A stretch of DNA of 64,000 nt from the NCBI GenBank assembly GCA_963713605.1, contig CAVQMO010000001.1:1-64000 (forward strand), in the 5' to 3' direction. The stretch is from an uncultured Nitrososphaerales archaeon (GTDB lineage: Archaea > Thermoproteota > Nitrososphaeria > Nitrososphaerales > Nitrososphaeraceae). Shown one piece after another: positions 11,135-21,709 of this stretch. The notes beneath the pieces are model-generated. The model was not told where the DNA came from. It saw only the letters and a list, made by a program, of their open reading frames with translations, and did not search any database. Made by a program: the position numbers and the translations under genes. Positions within the stretch are counted from its first letter, which is position 1. Every line of letters starts with the position of its first letter.

Positions 11135-12695
11135 AAAATTTATTCTATCATCATGGCTGCCTACATGCCTTACGCAACTCGAAGCTGAAAATACAGAAAA
11201 TATACCTACATTGTTATTCGTGAAAGCTCAAGTAATACTATCTTTCATGTACAAGTTGGATCGTAGTGCAATGAGAAATGCCCGTCTGCTTCTAATATCA
11301 TTAGCGCTGCTTTCAAGTTTTAGTATCATCATGGGAGGGGAAGCGTTAGCAACAATAACGATACCTAATATGACTCAAACAGAACCCCCGCTTGCTTATA
11401 CGGGCTTCCGAAACGCATCGTTATACTCTCCAAAACCAGTCGAACAGATGGCAATGAGCGCAAAGTTTATGCCACATGAAAATCCGGGTTTGGCCGACAA
11501 TGGATATTATCGAATGACGGCTTTTGGACTAAATCTGAGTCCAAACAGCCAGCTCTGCCCAGAAAACAATTGTCAATATGGATTTGAAGATGGACAGCTT
11601 TATCCCAATACGTATACGGGCGGATATGTTCTTGAGGGAAGGCTTATGGTATCAACACAACAGGCTACTGGCACGAGTTCTGAAATATATCAGGTAAGAG
11701 GAGAGCTTGTTAGGGTCAGGGCCATTGAGCAACCTGATAGGACTATTAGTTTTCTAAGTGGTGAACTAAAAATAGGAAAAGGAAATGTACTCATTGGGGG
11801 TGATTTTGATTACCAGATTCTAAATGGCTCATTAGCCTTTACTTCCGGAGGAGCAGACCTCGTGGTGTTAGGAGAAAGAAACTCAACCGCAAGTGTGCAG
11901 CAGCAACAGTCTTCAAATATGACCACACTACCCAGCCAACAAACTTCTAATATGACATTGCTCCAGCAGCCTGTGATCGGACAAACACCTACGTCTCCAC
12001 TATCACAACTGCAACAACTACCCACAACATCTCCGACCGCAACTCAAACTATCCCGCAGCAACAACAGTTCTTCCCATCTTCTCCCTTAACATCTACAAC
12101 TGGCACAGTGCAGCCTCAAGCATCGTACTTTCCACCTTCAAGTACGACGTTCCCTCCAGCTGTTTATCCACCTTCAGGTACAACATTTCCCCCCACTGTT
12201 TATCCACCTTCAGGTACAACATACCCCTCAACCGGTTATCCACCTGTCGGTACCTATCCAGGTACTGGATATCCTATGGCAGCGGCCGGTGGTATGGGTG
12301 GCGTCTCTTCACCTTCGCAAATAATAGCGCCATGGTTCCCGTCCCTTCCTGCCACTAATTGTGGTGGAACTTTTGTTATGACGGTAGAAGGAATCCCTAC
12401 TAGTAACAATGGTAACGGTGACGATAGGATTACTCCATCATCTGAAGGGGGAGACAATAATGGTAACAGTGATAACGATGACGACAACAGGCAGTCCAGC
12501 GGCAAAAGCAATAGAAGACTTGCAGTACAGATAAACTCCGATAATGGTCAAATAATCACAGGTCAACAGCAGGATGCCATATTCGGCCAGATATTTCAAG
12601 GGCAAAAGAATATAGATCAAAACAAAGCTAATGACTTTGATATTAGATCAATATTTAACGACTGTCAGATCTCGACATATAGTAGCCTAGGCTGA
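11097..12695 (+). CDS. Secreted Pro/Thr/Gln-rich protein; true start probably at MRNARLLL near 11271
   Basis: Signal peptide, P/T/Q-rich linker with YPPSGTT repeats, C-terminal domain paralogous to the upstream ORF. Confidence 0.75.
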   Translation: MTKIGTAEGVKCEKFILSSWLPTCLTQLEAENTENIPTLLFVKAQVILSFMYKLDRSAMRNARLLLISLALLSSFSIIMGGEALATITIPNMTQTEPPLAYTGFRNASLYSPKPVEQMAMSAKFMPHENPGLADNGYYRMTAFGLNLSPNSQLCPENNCQYGFEDGQLYPNTYTGGYVLEGRLMVSTQQATGTSSEIYQVRGELVRVRAIEQPDRTISFLSGELKIGKGNVLIGGDFDYQILNGSLAFTSGGADLVVLGERNSTASVQQQQSSNMTTLPSQQTSNMTLLQQPVIGQTPTSPLSQLQQLPTTSPTATQTIPQQQQFFPSSPLTSTTGTVQPQASYFPPSSTTFPPAVYPPSGTTFPPTVYPPSGTTYPSTGYPPVGTYPGTGYPMAAAGGMGGVSSPSQIIAPWFPSLPATNCGGTFVMTVEGIPTSNNGNGDDRITPSSEGGDNNGNSDNDDDNRQSSGKSNRRLAVQINSDNGQIITGQQQDAIFGQIFQGQKNIDQNKANDFDIRSIFNDCQISTYSSLG

Positions 12696-13142
12696 AAGAT
12701 GCCTTCTATGATAAATGACCAGTATATTCGCCGACCGTGGGTCGTCGTTTCTAGAATCTCTTCGATTATTCATAATATTATGTGCAATCGTTTAGCACAA
12801 AGCAAGTGGTATGGCCCTCCGCCTCTACCTTCATGTTTCTTGACATAGCTACTTCCAATCATTATGAGTTCCCTGCAGTGATAGCACAAAAACGCCTGTT
12901 GCCTTTCCCCCTGTATTCAGGTTCGCTAACAGTCGTTCATACCCGAGATGATTTAAGGTCTTATTATTTAGATGATTGTTTAACTTTCGTCTAGCATTTC
13001 ATATAGATGAAGTACAATCTTTCCTTCGTAAAACCTTAGAGGCTATGACCCGCACTTATCTTCTTCTCTACTTGGTAATCCACATCTTGATAAGTTAGGT
13101 GCAGCACCAGCCATTTTAACTTGATCTAGTAGCAGATGATGA

Positions 13143-13430
13143 TTAAATGAGGTTTAACTGCTTAGCGCATGCGACATGGTATGGTTTTCCCCCACTGGCC
13201 TTCTTAGCAAACGGTTCTCCCAGCTCAATGACTAAGCGACACTTATGGCATGGTATGCCATTAGCGGTCCTTGGCTTAAGTGATGCTATGCTGTAGTAGT
13301 AGCCTAACGCATAAGAAGTTGAATTAGCAGCAGCGGTGCGCCCCTTGCCATAAAGTTGATTACGAGCATGTCCAATCATCCTGGTTACATCAATCTGCTG
13401 CAGTGGTTTGACGATGACACGTCTAGGCAT
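13143..13430 (-). CDS. Small Zn-finger protein (CxxC...HxxC)
   Basis: CHKCRLVIELGEPF...YHVAC. Confidence 0.55.
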   Translation of the reverse strand: MPRRVIVKPLQQIDVTRMIGHARNQLYGKGRTAAANSTSYALGYYYSIASLKPRTANGIPCHKCRLVIELGEPFAKKASGGKPYHVACAKQLNLI

Positions 13431-14805
13431 TTATTTAGTGTCATAGCCGCCATCCACCATAATAATACCATTCGCTGGTTCGTTAGAAGAAGAAGAAGAA
13501 GCTAGGCCATAGCCACCTCTTTACATCTGATATCCGCATCGGTGATGTCTTCAGCCCCTTCAAAGGCAGATACTTACTGACATCATTTCCTATGTCATTA
13601 TGTTGTGGGTGCTATGTTGACCCTTGATCTGTGGGGCTCTGTTTTTGATCGTTTCCCTTGCCGTTAGAACATTAAGAATCATGTCGAGTTTTGCGTCCAT
13701 CGTTCGAAGCAATGGTATAAAACAATCATAGGTACTTTTACTTGCCATTTTATCTATTCCTCTGGAGCCACCTTAAGGCCTACCTCTTTTAACTGCCTGC
13801 GAGTACTTAAGTACGATTCTATCGCCTCTCTTCAGAACCAGTCACAATAAAGGAGGCTTTCATTCTTGCGTATGGTCTTCCTTCCCTTTTTCTGTGAGTT
13901 CAACATGAAACGAAATCTCTGAGTGATATCCTTCGTACGAGTTGAGCAGTTTATTGGGGAGACTATATCCTACCCGCATTCTTACTTCCTCTTTGTCACA
14001 TGCGATATCGTACCACTTTCACGCTCTCTGCTGCTACAAGTTCTCTCTGCTTCTTGTGCTTCTTTCTTTGCTTCTAAGTAGTGAATCAAACTACTGAGAA
14101 ATGAAGGATACCTAAAATTCCACTGGCTAATAGAACGATAACCAAACCAAATTTTACTTTTGACATTTTCTTCACTTTACAGCCACTTAATAATAAACTA
14201 GAATGATGACAATGAATACATTTGATGCAGCCGCTGCCAATTGCAATTTGCTGTATTCGGCTTCGCCTTCCGGTGATTGAATAAAACTATTTGCCATGTT
14301 TTAAAAATAGTCCCTCATACATTTGATTTTCTTCATAACATGATTTATGCATTAGATCCCTACCCGGCAAGATCATTATTTTGTTATTATCATCCTGTTC
14401 GATTCGATGCCTACAGACTTGACATACTCCCATTTCTTTTATCGCCTTATTTACCCATTCATCTCATCTATTGACTGCTCACGTTCTGCCATTGCTGCTG
14501 TTGTCGGTAGTAATGCTAGTACACTAGGTATTATGATACCGAGTGCCACTATGATTGTTATTACTTTTAGTATCATTAATGGGGGTTATATGCCGTCATT
14601 AGTAAGATGGTGGTTTGATATTTAGCTCTTAATCTGCTTATTATATTAATAGTAGACTTTCTTACTTGAACAAGGCAAATGGAAAGGATGAATAACGATG
14701 AGAAAAATAATCGAGTATCAGTTTATCGCTTGTGATAAAGTGAGAGTTCTAGACCAACGCCTTCTAATGCTGTAAATGATGTCAATTAGATAGCATGCTA
14801 TCTCT

Positions 14806-15283
14806 TAAATGGAGGGGGCTGCTGTTGGAGTAACGATTACGATAGTGAGGGTGGAACCACTAGGGACGGCGGCGTTGTTGCAGTCCATAAGCAGAATATC
14901 GCCTGGTAAACCTATTCCTGGTCCCTCTCCAAACGGAATACATGAACCTAATGCTCTGACCCAAAGGCTAACTCAGGACTCTCCCAAGTTATATAATAGG
15001 AAGTTCCGGGAATATGATTAGCGATTCCACTCAGGAGAACGCCAGTGGTACCAAGGGGTTGACCATTTGGATTGCATCCACGTTGACCTGGTTCTATTTT
15101 TGTTGCAATCTGATTCGAAGGTCCAGCCGGTCCTTCTGGTCCTTCTGGTCCTTCTGGCCCCGCTGGCCCTGTTGCTCCAGTTGCTCCGACTGGCCCCGCT
15201 GGCCCTGTTGCACCTGGCCCACCTGGCTCACCATGTTCGCCTTGAGGTCCTGCTGGTCCTTGCGGTCCAATCGGTCCTGGTGC
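14806..15283 (-). pseudogene. Collagen-like Gly-X-Y protein remnant
   Basis: 15277-15116 reads [54 protein letters not shown] (18 triplets); in-frame TGA just upstream and no start codon. Confidence 0.8.
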
Positions 15284-15679
15284 TCACGGATAAACTCTTA
15301 GATTCGCAACCAATAATAAGACGGGTAATAGACCAAATATAACACCTAAAGGAAGATGGTATCCGTCATTATTCACCAAAGATTAAGAACGTTACTAGTT
15401 AGAGCATATCATTTTTTCACGAATGGAATCACTAGCGATATAGCGCTAGTGCATAGCGTAAATGAACATCCAAGTTATTTCCACTACTCTAACTGGACAG
15501 GGATCTTTGTTTTCGTGAATTTGGCACTGGTATTTAATTTGAAGGGAGAAGCACCATTTATCCTATAGTATTTACCATCGTAGTGGATAGAAGGATATTC
15601 ATGCAGAGGGAATAGTGATAGATTCAGACCCTATAGATGTGCTTAATATTCTAGGTCAAAAACAGAGTCATTAAGTGAT

Positions 15680-15976
15680 TCAGTTCTTTCTGGAAATGTG
15701 ATCATTTGTCTGGTATTTTGATAGTTGATGATATTCTATGTCCACGACGAAGCCATATTTTAGGCTCTTATCAGCTGAAATTATTCTGCAGTCAGGTAAA
15801 ATGAATTGATCCCCATCACTATTAACGATTGCAATTTTGCCGTTCAAGTCTGTCATTATATGTCCTATTAGAAAACCATCTAGTGGTAATACGGGCTTAC
15901 TTCGGTGAGAAATTGATTTCGGCGAACGTGGTGAGTGTTCTTGTGCTAGTTGTTGGTCAGTTAGTATTCCAGTCAT
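15680..15976 (-). CDS. Hypothetical protein
   Basis: 98-aa ATG ORF with globular composition. Confidence 0.45.
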   Translation of the reverse strand: MTGILTDQQLAQEHSPRSPKSISHRSKPVLPLDGFLIGHIMTDLNGKIAIVNSDGDQFILPDCRIISADKSLKYGFVVDIEYHQLSKYQTNDHISRKN

Positions 15977-16253
15977 TCCATATTACACTATACGGCCAAA
16001 AAAAATAAACATGACTAATCAGTCAGTTTTATTTCTTAGGATCTTTAGTGATAATTAAAGCACCACAGGAGCGAAAGATGCCCCAATAATTCAGCACAGC
16101 TCGATTATTGGTTCAAGTTACTTTGAAACCTCAAACTCAAGCGTAGGTCTATCAATGCCGCAAAAGGGATCTGTAGAAAAACATACAAAGAAAATAAAAA
16201 GTGGCAGTAGTTTAGAAAGGGTTAATTTTGCATCCGATGACTTAACTCACTAC

Positions 16254-16523
16254 TCACCTGATTGCTATAATTTTTTCATCAAAGCCGAACGTTAAAAGCA
16301 ATTTAGCCACTTCGCCTTTGTGGTTTCCCTGCAACATTATTTTACCCTCCTTAAACGTACCTCCTGTTCCAATTCTATTTTTCAGATTCTTAGTTATCGA
16401 TAGAACATCCTTGTTATCCTGCAGACCTTGTACGATTGTAACAGGTTTATTGAATCTTCTGATCTCCGTTGAAACGGTTATCTGCGCCTTTTCAGCGTCT
16501 AGTTCCCTTAAGATTTCGTCCAT
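16254..16523 (-). CDS. Translation initiation factor SUI1/aIF1 homolog
   Basis: RRFNKPVTIVQGL...LKNRIGTGGTFKEGKIMLQGNH; 89 aa from ATG at 16523. Confidence 0.9.
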   Translation of the reverse strand: MDEILRELDAEKAQITVSTEIRRFNKPVTIVQGLQDNKDVLSITKNLKNRIGTGGTFKEGKIMLQGNHKGEVAKLLLTFGFDEKIIAIR

Positions 16524-16751
16524 GGATCCTTCTAAATTGTAACTTTTCTCCACTATAATTAATATCGACGTTTTAATTGATAAAGCTTTGTGCCTAGGCT
16601 TGAATCCGCAATAGTATGTTAGTACGTAACTTGCATGCTTTTTTATACGAATTTTGAAACGCAAGCGAAAAGCTCAAAAGGTCTCGTTTCGAAGCAACTG
16701 CGGTTCTGATCATGCTTACAGACATAAATTAAATACGAATAGTGTATTATA

Positions 16752-17679
16752 ATGGGTTATATCGAGATGGCAAACGCTACCGTATATGATCTTCATGACT
16801 CCTTTGATTCTGACACATATTTGGACAAATCTGAAAGAAATGTCCAAAGAGTGAGCAACAAGCTTGATGATTACATAAAGGAGCCAAATGGAGAGAACAT
16901 ACATGACATTCGTAAAGCCATCAGAAGATTAGAAGCTCAGCTATAGATCGCTTCCATCAAAGAAGGCACGAAAGAAACGGGTAATAAGAGAATTTACAGA
17001 GTACAGCAAAAAGCTTTTTAGCATAAATAGTCAAATCAGAGATTTTGATATTATTGGTGAAAAACTTTCCAGTGATGAAAACCCAGCTCAACAGGTTACA
17101 ATAATGTCAATCAAAGGATCATTGTTCAAACAGAGGAAGACAAAACTGAACGAAGCAATATCAGTTGCATTAGAGCTAAGGAAGCTGCGGGTCCCTAAAC
17201 TTACAAAGAAGATCAAGATATCAAATAAGAGATCAAAGAAAAGGTTCAGCAAGGTGATTGGCAAATTTGCGACCAGAATTGAGCATAATCTTCCTATAGT
17301 AGTCAATGACAACGAAAAAGTAACTGAGCTACACGAGCTAAGAAAAGATTGCAAAAAGTTGCGTTATCTATTGGAACTTTTACCAGATAATAGTAGTAGA
17401 GATCAGAGAAGTGAGAGGGATGACTATGTATCGAAGTTGATTGAAAAGTTAGAGAAAGTTCAAGATATACTTGGCATCACTCATGATTATGATACAATAA
17501 TTGCTTATCTCAATCGGCGCAAAAGTACTGGAAGTAGATCGACTCAAATCTATTCGATACTAGCGAAGATAAACCGAGAAAGACAGAATCAGTATGAGGA
17601 TTTTGTAAAATTAGTGAATGGAGATCTTGCCGCAGATGATAGTAATTTTTTAATTAGGATGACAGATGTAACGGCTTAA
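16752..17679 (+). CDS. CHAD domain (polyphosphate-binding) protein, frameshift near 16935
   Basis: ENIHDIRKAIRRLEA, IRDFDI in the bridging frame, ELHELRKDCKKLRYLLE, QDILGITHDYD. Confidence 0.9.
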
Positions 17680-17957
17680 CCTGGATTTGCGTCAACGAAT
17701 CCTAATTGAGGATCTCAATGCTTCTCAAACTGCGGGGATGTCGTCAATCCCTAGTCGACATTCGGGTACTAATTTTCCAAATAGATGCTTAAACAAACTA
17801 ATCTTTCACGCAGTAATCGTCGTCAAGATCCATGCTATATTACTGGCGTTTGAAGGCTAAAATTCATCCATCGTTACCGACTATGGATATAATATTATTC
17901 GCCATAGAACACATAGAACTATAAGGAATATATAGGACATGCTTCAAATGATTTGGT

Positions 17958-18446
17958 ATGTCAAAATCCACTCACGAGGATAATGATAATATTAAAACAA
18001 ACGATTTGGTTACGAACGACGAGACTCTAATACAGGACAATCTGGAGGAAGAAGATACTGAAACTCAATCTACCCCAAGTGAATCGCTTCTTTTTCAAGA
18101 TGATATTCAAACGACTTTAAAGGAATTCAATCAGAAAATAAATGAAAATGACAGGTCGATAAAACGAATTGAAGAAAGCATGGCGGCGTTGTACTATAAA
18201 TTGGATAGAACTCCCGAGGCGGAGGAATCAAAGACCTCATCAAAGAAGAAATTGAAAAAGAAGAAGGGGAGGAAGCTAGACAAGAAAGGGAAGAAGGGGA
18301 AGAGGCAAGACAAGAAAAAAGGAAAGAAGCTGAAGGGGAAGGGGAAAACTAAAGCAGCGAAAACTTTGACAAACGCAGAAAAAAAGAAGGGTCGGCGCAC
18401 TAATTCAAAGAACAAGAAGGGAAGAATGAAGAATGCAGGTAAGTAA
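17958..18446 (+). CDS. Bipartite protein: acidic N-terminus, coiled coil, very Lys-rich C-terminal tail
   Basis: About 32 Lys in the last 72 residues; D/E-rich N-terminus. Confidence 0.7.
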   Translation: MSKSTHEDNDNIKTNDLVTNDETLIQDNLEEEDTETQSTPSESLLFQDDIQTTLKEFNQKINENDRSIKRIEESMAALYYKLDRTPEAEESKTSSKKKLKKKKGRKLDKKGKKGKRQDKKKGKKLKGKGKTKAAKTLTNAEKKKGRRTNSKNKKGRMKNAGK

Positions 18447-18487
18447 AAGTGACACGTAGAGTTACATGTCACCACGATACCTCATAA

Positions 18488-19243
18488 ATGGATCTGTTTT
18501 TAATTAGGCATGGTCAATCAAGTTCTGGAAAAAGTTTAGGTCGTAATTTGAGCCAAGATGGAATAAACGAGAAAACACTGACTGCTGCAGGTATTGCTGG
18601 AATTAAGCGAACGGGCGAAGTACCTAAGACTCTGAACATGATACCAGACGCGATTGTCACAAGTCCTCTAAGATATGCATGTCAAAGTGCTAAAATAGTT
18701 GATAGCATTCTATTTGCCAATAAACGCGATCCAGTTGGAAAACCAAAGAAGGAGAAATCAAAAAGCGTTCAAATTTGGAATGACCTAGCTCCAGAGGGAG
18801 ATCGAGCGCTTGTGTATAACAACCTCGCAAAATTCAAGTATGATTCTAAAATTTTCGTCATAGGCCATAGCCCTTTCTTGACAAAAGTGGCAGCAGATAT
18901 TGTCTCTTCGTCATCATCATCGAACACTCTCAGAAGACTCAGGTATTCTTCAACTAGTTCTAATCCAAATTTAGGATACGATGGTTGCAATCATCGTAGC
19001 ATCGTGTTAAAGAGATCAGGATTGGCAAGGATCAGCATTACCTCTTTGGCTCCTAAACTTAAAGGTGAGTTGAGATGGCTACTTACTCCAATGTTATTAA
19101 AGGAGATATCACTAGTTAAAGAAAGTAAAAAGGAGAGAAAAAAGAAAAATCAAAAAATATCCAAGTATCCTCCGATAGGATCATCATCTAATTTCACGAC
19201 AGATTCTAAGACGAGACTGGCTGTAGCGGCAATTTATCAATAG
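18488..19243 (+). CDS. SixA-like histidine phosphatase with Ser-rich insertion and basic tail
   Basis: LIRHG, TSPLRYACQSA, VIGHSPFL, GELRWLLTP. Confidence 0.85.
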   Translation: MDLFLIRHGQSSSGKSLGRNLSQDGINEKTLTAAGIAGIKRTGEVPKTLNMIPDAIVTSPLRYACQSAKIVDSILFANKRDPVGKPKKEKSKSVQIWNDLAPEGDRALVYNNLAKFKYDSKIFVIGHSPFLTKVAADIVSSSSSSNTLRRLRYSSTSSNPNLGYDGCNHRSIVLKRSGLARISITSLAPKLKGELRWLLTPMLLKEISLVKESKKERKKKNQKISKYPPIGSSSNFTTDSKTRLAVAAIYQ

Positions 19244-19489
19244 GATTGTTCACGAGAAAGAGTACTGAAAAGGAAGCTATGCAGGGACACATGTTGGTTC
19301 TATAAGGCGCGTAAAAGTAGATACATTACTGGTTATTATGAAAATGGATGCAAGAGGTGTGTCGAATGTGATATCTTTCTGCAATGGGATGGTGTTAGGT
19401 GTCCTTGCTGCGATCATATCTTGCGAGTCAAACCGCACAACAACCAATCTAAGGGGAAATTGCTCGAAGCAGTATTCCGCGTGGGATGA
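19244..19489 (+). CDS. Small Cys-rich Zn-finger protein, start unclear
   Basis: Frame 2 reads CRDTCWFYKA...YENGCKRCVECDIFLQWDGVRCPCCDHILRVKP; absent from the ORF track. Confidence 0.65.
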   Translation, partial: DCSRERVLKRKLCRDTCWFYKARKSRYITGYYENGCKRCVECDIFLQWDGVRCPCCDHILRVKPHNNQSKGKLLEAVFRVG

Positions 19490-19681
19490 GAAGTCATTCG
19501 AAGCGAAACTAAGTATATCGAAGTCTCCTGAATGAGTCCTAATTGAAGTAACCTTAAACATGAAAATATGAAATTATAAGAAAAGGATGGTCATCGAACA
19601 TTGGAGGTATAATAGCTCTCACAAAAAGGGGGACGAGAAAGTAAAGCAGAATATTACAAGGGTCATAGACAGGCATGCTGG

Positions 19682-20098
19682 TTATTTAGCTGTGCTATCA
19701 GCTTCCCAAATTGCGAAGGCATTTTTCTCTGTATCTGTACAAATGGCAAAATAACCCAGCCCAGGAACTGCTGTTTTTGACATTTTAACCTGTCCTCCCA
19801 ATTGTGTTACTTTGGCTGAATATTCATCAACTGATTCGACATCAATATAGTTCGTAATCCCCTGCTGTTCTGGCATCTGTCTTTTCATCATCCCACCAGT
19901 AAGCGCCTTATTTCCTTTATCGTCCATGGTAGTTATCATCAAATATTCCGGTCCGCCTGGTAGATTCTCCGAGCCAGGCCACTTTTCTATGCCCCAACCA
20001 AACAGGTCATTATAGAATTTTTTTGATAGTTCAATGTCATCCGTAGGAATCTCAAAGTGTACTATAGTTGGCATATCTCTTAGCAATATAGAGGGCAT
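19682..20098 (-). CDS. VOC/glyoxalase family protein
   Basis: MPTIVHFEIPTDD...FYNDLFGW...GGMMKR...DTEKNAFAIWE. Confidence 0.9.
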   Translation of the reverse strand: MPSILLRDMPTIVHFEIPTDDIELSKKFYNDLFGWGIEKWPGSENLPGGPEYLMITTMDDKGNKALTGGMMKRQMPEQQGITNYIDVESVDEYSAKVTQLGGQVKMSKTAVPGLGYFAICTDTEKNAFAIWEADSTAK

Positions 20099-20272
20099 AG
20101 TACCCTAAAAAGTACTATGCTAAAACGAAGGGAGCTATGTGTTGTTCGAAATTGCTTGATTACCACGAAAAGAACGCATAGGCTCAAATTATGGCTAGTT
20201 GCATTAAGCTTTCGAATCATGTCAAAGCTGATGCCTTTTGATAAAATTAGTGTTCTTACAGAGAGGAGCTAG

Positions 20273-20779
20273 ATGAAAACACTACTTATTCTTCGTCATG
20301 CAAAATCCAGTTGGAAGGTTCCTGATCTATTGGATCACGACCGCCCACTGAACCGACGTGGTAAGCGAGATGCGCCAAGGATGGGAAAACTTTTGAAAGA
20401 AAAAGAACTATCTCCCGACATTGTTATTAGCTCAACCGCTACACGTGCAAAGGATACAGCATCAGCTGTGGCAGATCACAGTGGATACAAAGGTAAGAAG
20501 ATAAAATTTAAATCATTATATGCTGCTGAGCCTGCTGCTTATCTAGCAGTGCTCCGAGAACTTGATGATAAATATCAACGAGTCTTGATTGTGGGGCATA
20601 ATCCTGGTGTTGAAGAGTTGATTGAAATGCTCACTGGTGAAATCCATATAATTCCAACTTGTACGCTAGCTCAAATAGAGTTTAATACAGAAAAATGGTC
20701 CGCAATACTAAGGGGACGGGCTGATCGAGGTAGACTCATTGAGATATTGAGACCTGATGAGTCAAACCTGGAGATTTAG
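20273..20779 (+). CDS. sixA: SixA family histidine phosphatase
   Basis: LRHAKSSW, DHDRPLNRRG, SSTATRA, VGHNPG. Confidence 0.9.
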   Translation: MKTLLILRHAKSSWKVPDLLDHDRPLNRRGKRDAPRMGKLLKEKELSPDIVISSTATRAKDTASAVADHSGYKGKKIKFKSLYAAEPAAYLAVLRELDDKYQRVLIVGHNPGVEELIEMLTGEIHIIPTCTLAQIEFNTEKWSAILRGRADRGRLIEILRPDESNLEI

Positions 20780-20889
20780 AGCATGATTAGAAGAAGTAAG
20801 CCAAGTTACAGATATTTTGTAAGCTCGAGCAATACGCCTTTCGTGTCTAAGCAAATAGCCAGACACAAGGAAAGGTGCATTCTTAAACC

Positions 20890-21600
20890 ATGAAAGAAAT
20901 TCCGAAATTCTCGGAAAGATTACGGGAGTGGCGTTCATTTAGCAAAGTATTTCATAAAAGCTTCTTAAACATGATACATAAGTTACCCGTGAAATTTGAT
21001 CGCCCTACCAAAATGACTGATGATTATGTTTGGACCCCTGACTGTAATCTGAATGTTAAGTTGCGGGGACAGGACCTAAAAATAAAAGAGCTATTAGGGT
21101 CTCAGCCTTGTTACATGGATAATTCATTAGGTATCACCACTTACGCTGAGCAATGGACCACAGAGGTCTATAGCTTTCCAATTTCTACGTCTCTTATGAA
21201 AAGAATAGTAAAGGGATTAAAAATAGGTAATGTAACTAAATCTTTGCATATGGCAGATAACAAGGAACAATTTATTGAGTTACTTCAATCACAATCAAAT
21301 TCAGTTAAGATATTATCGATAGTTAAGGAAAGGGAGCAGCGTCTGCTTCCTATAGATGAAGACCTCAAAGACAAAGGCAACAAGGAACTAGGGAAGCTAG
21401 TCACAATTGAGGTTTCACATTTGACAAGCTCTGAAGATGCTTTTACTTTATCCGTAGAACATCCCAGCATCAACAAGGTAAGAGCTGCAATACCAAAGAT
21501 AATGCGAGATATGGATAAGCAGATCTACAGAGGCCTGGTATTCTTGAATTATTTGCAAGCAGTAAAAATATGGGGACTAGGTGAAAAAATATTTGACTAA
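20890..21600 (+). CDS. Hypothetical protein, possibly CYTH/triphosphate-tunnel-like
   Basis: N-terminal REWRSF, DDY, NVKLR..LKIK, EQW, KERE, IEVS pattern resembles CYTH-like proteins; gene context supports this. Confidence 0.45.
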   Translation: MKEIPKFSERLREWRSFSKVFHKSFLNMIHKLPVKFDRPTKMTDDYVWTPDCNLNVKLRGQDLKIKELLGSQPCYMDNSLGITTYAEQWTTEVYSFPISTSLMKRIVKGLKIGNVTKSLHMADNKEQFIELLQSQSNSVKILSIVKEREQRLLPIDEDLKDKGNKELGKLVTIEVSHLTSSEDAFTLSVEHPSINKVRAAIPKIMRDMDKQIYRGLVFLNYLQAVKIWGLGEKIFD

Positions 21601-21709
21601 TTGAAGTCGGTCCTCATTGTATTAGATGCTGAGTTGCCCTGGATTTTGAAGCTATCACTTATATCTAGTTCAATCGTTGTACTTCAGACACATCTGCTTG
21701 GCTCCCTAT

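Noticed and set aside
12130..12275. Imperfect tandem DNA repeats as a non-coding array
   Set aside because: They encode the YPPSGTT linker repeats of the secreted protein
15014..15342. Plus-strand ORFs with W/P/C or Leu periodicity
   Set aside because: Antisense shadows of the collagen-like repeat
16254..16664. SUI1 with a 47-aa N-terminal extension, as given in the ORF track
   Set aside because: The extension covers AT-rich promoter-like sequence; ATG at 16523 gives a normal-sized protein
18194..18475. Phe-rich minus-strand ORF as a membrane protein
   Set aside because: Antisense of the Lys-rich tail
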